A DNA stretch of 64,000 nucleotides, taken from positions 2,342 to 66,341 of the IMG/VR virus record IMGVR_UViG_3300035115_000017; one strand, written 5' to 3'. This DNA comes from a virus. Position numbers and translations under genes: made by a program. The number at the start of each line of letters is the position of its first letter. Positions within the stretch are counted from its first letter, which is position 1. Positions 58,601-64,000 of the stretch are shown in pieces. Under the pieces are notes generated by a model. The model did no database searches and was not told the origin of the DNA. It worked only from the letters and a program-made list of their open reading frames with translations.

Positions 58601-60274
58601 GTCGATCTCAGCAAGGCGCAGGTGTTTCTGGCTCGGTTGCTGGCTGATGCGAAGAAGCAGGGAGATGCCGATCTAGTTGATCGACTCACTCGCGAGCAAC
58701 GACTCAACAAGGAGCAGATCGACGCAATCAACCTAATCATCCAGCAGAAGGATGCGCTAGGTGCGCTGGCTGCGGCTGAGGAACTCGTTCGTCAAGCGAA
58801 GGAGAAGCAGCAGAGTCTAGAAGAAGATCTCACCTTCCAAGTTCAGTTCCGAGGACTGAAAGAAGAAGACGCAATCAAGCAACGACTTACTGGTGAGGAA
58901 AGGCTGAATAACTCCCTCACACTTGCACATGAAACGATTCGACAGATTGTGGAAGCGTTGCAAGCACGGGGAATTGAGCCGCCACGCGCATTGTTGGACT
59001 TCCTGAAAGAGATTCAAGGTGCGGTGCGCGGACTTGGTGAACTCTCCTTCAGTGAACAGTTCCGACTCGCGCAGAAGGAGTTCGATCGACTCAACGATGA
59101 GCGACTGCAGAAGATCTCCGACATCGAGCGTGCAGTGCGGGAGCGCGATATTGCCGAAGCTGAGGGACTGCTGCTGATTCGTCGCATCAACGGTCAGTAC
59201 TCGGCAGACCTCGAACAGCAACTGGTCTTGCTCAAACAAATCGCTGCGCAGTCGAATGACGTGAGCCTGCAACGTCAGGCGCAACAGGCAGGGGAGACGG
59301 TTAAAGATGCAAACGAGCAACTGGCGAGTTTTGATCGACAACTCAGATCGGCTTCGATTGACGCATTACAGGAAAGTCTCACAAACTTCTTCTCCTCTCT
59401 CTCCGACAACACTAAGACTGCGAAGGAGAAGTTACTCGATCTCGTCAACTCAGTGGCGACTCGCATCGAGCAGGTGATCGCAGAGAACTTGTCGAAGCGA
59501 TTGATTGAGTCGATCTTTGGCGATGGCAGCGACTCCGGTGGAGGCGTGATCGTCAGCTTGAAACGACTCTTTGGCGGTGGCGGGAAGGGTTCGACGGGCG
59601 GGATTGGTGGTATCGCTGCGAGTGGGATAAACCAGACCACGCAAGCTACTGCCGCTGCTACGACACTCACAACAGGTGCAACTGCTGCATCAGCAGCGCT
59701 CACGACAGGCGGTGTTAGTGCGGGCACGGCGCTCGTCACAGGCGCCACCGCAGCCGCAGCCTCTATCGTCGCAGCCGGAGCAGCGTTCGCGGCGACTGTA
59801 GCAGCTTCCAGTGTGGCGCAGGGATTCACTCAGGGGATCGGCGGGCTCGGTTCGGCAATCGGCGCAGCCACAGGGATGTTCCCGGCGGTAGAAGGCGGAT
59901 TGGTCCATATTGTTGAAGGCGGGTTCCCGGAGGCGGTGCTTACCACTGATCCGCGTCACGCTGCGAGACAGTTGCAGATTCTCAAAGCATTTCTGCACGA
60001 AACGCAGGGACTCGGTGGACGGATTCGCGGACTCGCAATGGGAGGGTTCACTGACAGGATCGATATCTCCGCGCCGAGCGTGCAGGTGTCGAATGCGGGG
60101 ATTGGTGAGTTAGCGGTTGCAGGTGCGCCCTCGACGATGAGATTGAGGCAAGTCCTTGTGGACCAGCGTGACTGGAGAAATGAAATCAACTCCCCGGAAG
60201 GAGAACAAGTGTTAGTAGATTTCCTATATAAGAAGCAGCACGTGATTCGCAAGATCAGCGGAGGTGGGAAGTGA
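55616..60274 (+). CDS. Tape measure protein
   Basis: 1552 aa, Ala/Leu/Gln-rich helical; tape-measure domain QLGQLAAKGKVLSQDLR; C-terminal GGFPEAVL. Confidence 0.93.
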   Translation: MADTTRLIIELQTILRGLNETLRGLDQIKKKLESVASVKLGQQSSVGLDRAAAATQRLANQQQKLAIQSQELTNRQERARQSTERLALSHDRLTAAQQRAARANLGPQMDAHVQEFKKAEAATKALNERLATTGNALRSVGQGLASIGATLTVAVTAPLTALGVTSVSAAVELDSLKRGLTAIVGSADEAGRQLQRLTVIAKLPGIGFEEAIQGSIRLQAVGFSAKEAERDLREFSNAVALTGGGRDELARVTIQLGQLAAKGKVLSQDLRPIIEAAPAVGRALLQAFGTVNAADIQELGLSSKEFLNTLVDELERLPRAAAGAKNSFENFRDEIFRAAAVVGEALLPALIQLTEIVGPVVTKLADVFAKLPRPVQLVGVGLLALLAAAGPVLFVVGQLTLGIGRLLVGFVELNAAGILPTIVSLRGLTAASLSAAAAQRTLGISSIALGGIVGGIAAVLGTVIAAYVTYNAFQKDAVTLSKERADALTAEIDQLKDQTKFLDGLKVGVKRTGDEQERLLEIYNKLNSTAQLRVAGVTDEEKRLGALREELQKLINLRNEERTQQAGNIAGQLANTLQSIAANEKEIDSITERIQANNRLAESLRASGKISDENSKQLARQGIVAGGDVQQALGGLQTESENLLETQKALRENTIQLNGTAKEQAETLRVLERQTGLSSRELLTAAKNMGVFKGDIEQTLVQLDRYVQLTDEATKATDAFSRALSQQVSDALKAGDQADALAKARKGLIEANVATAREASDSFEGALKFFRAFIAAQPELQRALQREAQIQGKTFDEVVQKSLQDVFKGRDKSGTSLRNAQQELAKALAEVALASGEEQVRIEKETNERRLRAIEVAQRIQLLSYREFLESKAELTTASVDKEIGQQVRVARAARDLQIRLLAAAEVGGIPAAERVRRQAQAAKANEEAIKAEGKLNQLTAQREQLQVDLRQELALSQHEQVNDIRQLDIELAQLQGHVEDAFNAETVDRFREKLVDLSKAQVFLARLLADAKKQGDADLVDRLTREQRLNKEQIDAINLIIQQKDALGALAAAEELVRQAKEKQQSLEEDLTFQVQFRGLKEEDAIKQRLTGEERLNNSLTLAHETIRQIVEALQARGIEPPRALLDFLKEIQGAVRGLGELSFSEQFRLAQKEFDRLNDERLQKISDIERAVRERDIAEAEGLLLIRRINGQYSADLEQQLVLLKQIAAQSNDVSLQRQAQQAGETVKDANEQLASFDRQLRSASIDALQESLTNFFSSLSDNTKTAKEKLLDLVNSVATRIEQVIAENLSKRLIESIFGDGSDSGGGVIVSLKRLFGGGGKGSTGGIGGIAASGINQTTQATAAATTLTTGATAASAALTTGGVSAGTALVTGATAAAASIVAAGAAFAATVAASSVAQGFTQGIGGLGSAIGAATGMFPAVEGGLVHIVEGGFPEAVLTTDPRHAARQLQILKAFLHETQGLGGRIRGLAMGGFTDRIDISAPSVQVSNAGIGELAVAGAPSTMRLRQVLVDQRDWRNEINSPEGEQVLVDFLYKKQHVIRKISGGGK

Positions 60275-60687
60275 GCGGGTGGATGGGATTCTCGGGCGCG
60301 GACGACGTGATCAACTTCCTCTATCGAGGAACTCCGATCTCCATCCCCGGCTCCCTGTGGATGCGGCTGCTGATTGCGCCGTCGTCTCGCGCAGGCGGAG
60401 GAACTGAGACGGACTTCTCCGGCTACGCGCGCAAACAGTTTCCACGCGATGGCACGCTGTTTACTTCAGCTTCGTCGAACGCGGGCAAGCTCGTCATTGG
60501 CGTCACTCTCGACTTCGGCAATCCGGGTTCAGCGGGGAGCGGGCAACTGGTGTGGTTTGACTTCGTTGATACGTCGTCAGGGGCGTTTACGAAACTTTAT
60601 CACGGTGGACCAATCTCGCCTGCGCGCACAGTGGAAGTTGGTAGGCCGTTGAGATTCCCGGCTGGATCTCTAGTCCTGACAATTTGA
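60271..60687 (+). CDS. Minor tail protein
   Basis: GGGTE...SGYAR...RTVEVG.PLRFPAGSL pattern of small tail proteins. Confidence 0.65.
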   Translation: MSGWMGFSGADDVINFLYRGTPISIPGSLWMRLLIAPSSRAGGGTETDFSGYARKQFPRDGTLFTSASSNAGKLVIGVTLDFGNPGSAGSGQLVWFDFVDTSSGAFTKLYHGGPISPARTVEVGRPLRFPAGSLVLTI

Positions 60688-61481
60688 AGATGCTCAACAC
60701 TTTCCTCTATAAGTTCAACGCAGGATCGGCAACTTACAGGTACGCAAAGGTGGCCCACGCGCAGGAGTTTGCGAGCGAGGTGTACGACCCGACGCAGATT
60801 ACCCACACCGCACCCACTTACTCAGACGACGCACAGGATGCCGAGATCGACGTAACGATTATCGAGACGAGTGAGTTGACCGAGACGCTTCTAACCCCTC
60901 CACCTTTCCCGATCATCCTCACGATCTACGAGGTGCTGGGCGAGACGACCACTCCCTACTACCTCGGCTGGGTGGTGAGATGTCAGTTCAAGTTGACTGA
61001 GTCCATCTTCGTCTTGCACTTGAAGACGCTTTGGCACTTCTACGAGCGTGAGAGCTTGACCGACTCACTCTCATCCTTATCTCGCTTCTCAATCTACGAC
61101 GAGCGCAGCGGCGCGGACATTTCAGCCCTTGCCGATGTCGTCACTGTCGCCGGATTTAACGATCTCCGCGACGTGCTCACCGTGACAGGTGCACCGCAGA
61201 TCCCGCCCTATTACAAGGGAGGGTTTGTCGAAGCGCCGAATCTCGACAAGCGCACGATCTTGGAGGATGAAATTGTCGGCTCAGATCGCAAGCTCACGCT
61301 CAACGGGGGCTTCCCGAGATTCACTCTGGACACAGGATTCCCAGCATCGATCTACCCCGGCGACGATCTCACCTACGATACATGGGCTAACAAGTTCTCG
61401 TCCCTCACTAACAACGGCGCGAACTGGGGCGGCTGGCAGTACACGCCGAGTGTTGACCCAGCAGTGAGAGGAGTCAGCTAG
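60684..61481 (+). CDS. Baseplate hub / BR0599-like tail protein
   Basis: LYKF...YRY start; C-terminal YPGDD....WANKF....N.GG..Y.P resembles the BR0599-family C-terminus. Confidence 0.6.
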   Translation: MKMLNTFLYKFNAGSATYRYAKVAHAQEFASEVYDPTQITHTAPTYSDDAQDAEIDVTIIETSELTETLLTPPPFPIILTIYEVLGETTTPYYLGWVVRCQFKLTESIFVLHLKTLWHFYERESLTDSLSSLSRFSIYDERSGADISALADVVTVAGFNDLRDVLTVTGAPQIPPYYKGGFVEAPNLDKRTILEDEIVGSDRKLTLNGGFPRFTLDTGFPASIYPGDDLTYDTWANKFSSLTNNGANWGGWQYTPSVDPAVRGVS

Positions 61482-61676
61482 ATGTCGTATCAAATCTACG
61501 TGGTTCCGTATTATGACAGCCTTGCTAAAGCGTGGATGTTCGACATCCTAGACGACGAAGAGGAGCTACTGGAGCAGTTTGCTTTCGCTACACAGGAGGA
61601 GGCGTTGCGGGCACACCGTGAACGGTTCATTAATGACGTTGTCGAAGGACGTGGCAGGGGAAGGGTAGACCAGTAG
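61482..61676 (+). CDS. Small hypothetical protein
   Basis: Abuts both neighbours; SD gagga. Confidence 0.5.
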   Translation: MSYQIYVVPYYDSLAKAWMFDILDDEEELLEQFAFATQEEALRAHRERFINDVVEGRGRGRVDQ

Positions 61677-64000
61677 ATGTTCCTCCAAGCCCTCCTCCTC
61701 GTCGGTGAAATGTGGCTCGGCGAACTCACCCGTCAACGCCCCAAACGTACCAAATTCGAGGACTTCATCAAGGACAACGCGCCGAGTGAGATTCGTCCAA
61801 TTCCCTACGCAGGTGGAACGATCGAAGTAACTCCGCCGCGCATGTGGTTCGGCGACTTCCTGCAACGTGCAGTTGAGAGAGACTCACACTGGACTGATTA
61901 TCTCTGGGCGGGGTTGAGTGCGGCACTGCTCGATACAATCACAGTTGCGTACCGCTCTTACATTGGCGAGATGTTCCCGTTGTGCTTCGGCCCGGACGCA
62001 CACGTGGAACGTATCACGATCGATGATCGCCTCATGTTCCAAGCGGTGATCGGCACGGATAACGCAGGCGGCGGATTCCTCATCGACGACCCGCAAGCAT
62101 GGGGCGGGGATCAACCTCCGGGTGAAGGTGGCGAGTATGCATGGTGCGATGTGACACGCGGGAATTACACTGAGCCCACGAATGCGTATCTGGAGTCGCT
62201 GCTCACTACGCCACCGAATCGCACTCCAGCCCTGCACGGCATCTCATGTCTCGTGAAGCGTGGGCCGAGTGGGTTCAGAGAGTCCGGCTACTTCGCCGCT
62301 GGTGGAGTGGGCGTGACGCCGAAGCTGAAGTTGTGGAAAGTGGTGATTCGTCGTCAGCCGGACAACCTCTCAACTGGATTCAATCGCGTCGGTCGCCACA
62401 TGAATCCGATGGAGGTGATCTACGAGTGGAGTACGTCACTGGAGTACGGGGCGAAGATTCCTTTGGAATATCTCAATCTCGACAACTGGCGCGCGGTAGC
62501 GCAGGCGTTGCATGAGGAAGGAACGGGCTGGAGTGGACGGATTGAAAACCAGACCTCGCCTATTGCTGTCGTCAAGGATGTCCTCGCGCAGATCGACGCA
62601 GTGGATGAGCCGAGTCCGTCGCTGGGACTCACCATTCGACTCATTCGTCGGACTTACTCCATTGGCTCCCTGCGCATTCTCAATCGCGACAACATTACGC
62701 GCGTTGAACGCTTCACTCCGGGGACGTATGAGGACACGAAGAACAAGGTGCAGGTGGAGTTTCCCGATCAGGACAATAACTTCAAAGGTCGCAAAGCTCT
62801 CTACATCGACCCGGCGAATCAACTCATTCAAGGCGGGCGAGTCGTGCCGCAGAGTGAGACGTTTCTCGGCGTGGCTGATTTTGAGCAGGCGAACGTCATC
62901 GACACCCGCGATGGCCGCGCAATCTCACTCCCGCGTGCCCCTCTCGACTGCTTCGTCTTCCCGAGTTGGGGAAGGCTGACTTATCGAGGGGAAGTTGTCC
63001 TGTTCCAGTGGGAATCCCCAACCTTCTCAATCGTCATGCGTGTATTGAAAGTGACTCCGAACGGGCCGGACGAGAAGGACTTCCACTTGGAGTTGATCGA
63101 GGATCAGTTCTCCACGGGACTGCGTACCTTTGGCGAACCGGGGCCGACGTTACATGAAGATCCGGGCGCAGGGTTGGATGTCGCGCCGCCGAGTGCGACG
63201 TGGAACTCAGCCGATCTACCACCAGACGGATTAAAACTGACTCTCACCCTGACGAATACGAATCAATTCCAGCCGATGATCGAAGGTGGGATCATCTTCG
63301 ACGAGTACACGGCAGGGGGACAGTACGCACGCATCTACGTCACTGAACCCGGCGGGGTACAAACTCTCTCGCCTATGCACCTTGTACCCGACGTGAATAA
63401 TGAAGCAATCTTCCAGTGGCCCTCGCAGGCTGTCGGTGAGTATGAGTTCTGCGTGCAGACGTTCTCCACGCGCGGCGTGACGAACGGAGTGAAGGTTTGT
63501 GCGACGATTGATGTGGGTGCGATTGGATCGCCGAGTACGAGTCCAAGCGCATCTGTTAGCCCTTCGACTTCGCCGTCAATTAGTCCGTCGTCGAGTGCGA
63601 GCGCTTCTGCGAGTCCGAGTGTATCGCCGTCGTCGAGCGCAAGCCCGAGTGTGTCGAGTAGTACAAGTTCCTCCATTTCACCTTCAGCATCCGTGAGCCC
63701 GAGTTCGTCGGCTTCACTCTCAGCTTCTCCTAGCTCATCGGCTAGTCCGTCTCTTTCGCCAAGCTCCAGTGCCTCGCCGAGCCCCGGATTCAGTCCCTCC
63801 GATCTCGCTTCTCTTAACTACTGGTTGAACGCGAGCAATCTCGTACTGAGTGATGGCGATCCAGTAGTTGACTGGCTCTACACCGGAACGAAGAACTACG
63901 GTCAGAACACGGGCGCGAATCAGCCTACCTACAAGACGGGAATTGTCAACGGTAAGCCAGTGGTGAGATTTGCCACGAACGACAAACTAAACAACGATCC
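61677..64000 (+). CDS. Tail tip / host-specificity (gpJ-like) protein, truncated by the window end, with Ser/Pro linker and start of a LamG-like domain
   Basis: ATG 61677 gives MFLQALLL...RPIPYAGGT...WFGDF...MNPMEVIYE; frame still open at 64000 (hence missing from the track); S/P tract 63528-63790; YWLNAS...QPTYKTG..NGKPVVRF. Confidence 0.8.
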   Translation, partial: MFLQALLLVGEMWLGELTRQRPKRTKFEDFIKDNAPSEIRPIPYAGGTIEVTPPRMWFGDFLQRAVERDSHWTDYLWAGLSAALLDTITVAYRSYIGEMFPLCFGPDAHVERITIDDRLMFQAVIGTDNAGGGFLIDDPQAWGGDQPPGEGGEYAWCDVTRGNYTEPTNAYLESLLTTPPNRTPALHGISCLVKRGPSGFRESGYFAAGGVGVTPKLKLWKVVIRRQPDNLSTGFNRVGRHMNPMEVIYEWSTSLEYGAKIPLEYLNLDNWRAVAQALHEEGTGWSGRIENQTSPIAVVKDVLAQIDAVDEPSPSLGLTIRLIRRTYSIGSLRILNRDNITRVERFTPGTYEDTKNKVQVEFPDQDNNFKGRKALYIDPANQLIQGGRVVPQSETFLGVADFEQANVIDTRDGRAISLPRAPLDCFVFPSWGRLTYRGEVVLFQWESPTFSIVMRVLKVTPNGPDEKDFHLELIEDQFSTGLRTFGEPGPTLHEDPGAGLDVAPPSATWNSADLPPDGLKLTLTLTNTNQFQPMIEGGIIFDEYTAGGQYARIYVTEPGGVQTLSPMHLVPDVNNEAIFQWPSQAVGEYEFCVQTFSTRGVTNGVKVCATIDVGAIGSPSTSPSASVSPSTSPSISPSSSASASASPSVSPSSSASPSVSSSTSSSISPSASVSPSSSASLSASPSSSASPSLSPSSSASPSPGFSPSDLASLNYWLNASNLVLSDGDPVVDWLYTGTKNYGQNTGANQPTYKTGIVNGKPVVRFATNDKLNND

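Noticed and set aside
61677-64000. Diversity-generating retroelement targeting the tail tip
   Set aside because: No reverse transcriptase or template/variable repeat pair seen in the window

Overview
The window is most of a tailed-phage (siphovirus-like) genome, apparently circularly permuted: it starts in the 3' end of a tail gene and ends inside the tail-tip gene. Order: tail end and lysis-like membrane genes (1-5956, +); a long leftward early/replication region (6054-29648, -) with a NUDIX hydrolase, a UDG-fused family A DNA polymerase, SSB-like, Sak4-like ATPase and Cas4-like exonuclease genes, an inverted HTH + D5-type helicase cassette with an iteron-like site, and many small hypothetical genes; a divergent promoter pair with an RHH regulator (~29650-29930); then TerS, TerL, portal, scaffold, capsid, head-tail, tail tube, frameshifted tail chaperones, tape measure and tail tip (+). 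The most striking feature is an 11-kb insert between terL and portal. It encodes a 1421-aa mucin-like Ser/Pro-repeat protein and two glycosyltransferases with motifs resembling polypeptide GalNAc-transferases (one fused to a lectin-like domain and a methyltransferase). At least five other structural proteins carry the same Ser-Pro tracts, and three end in the identical decapeptide SPSHSASPST. I infer a phage-encoded virion O-glycosylation system with a shared acceptor tag. An intact HNH endonuclease gene lies antisense and in codon register inside the second glycosyltransferase without breaking its frame. I recognised no integrase, classical endolysin, primase, tRNA, rRNA or CRISPR array. All functional calls come from motif recognition by eye, not database searches.
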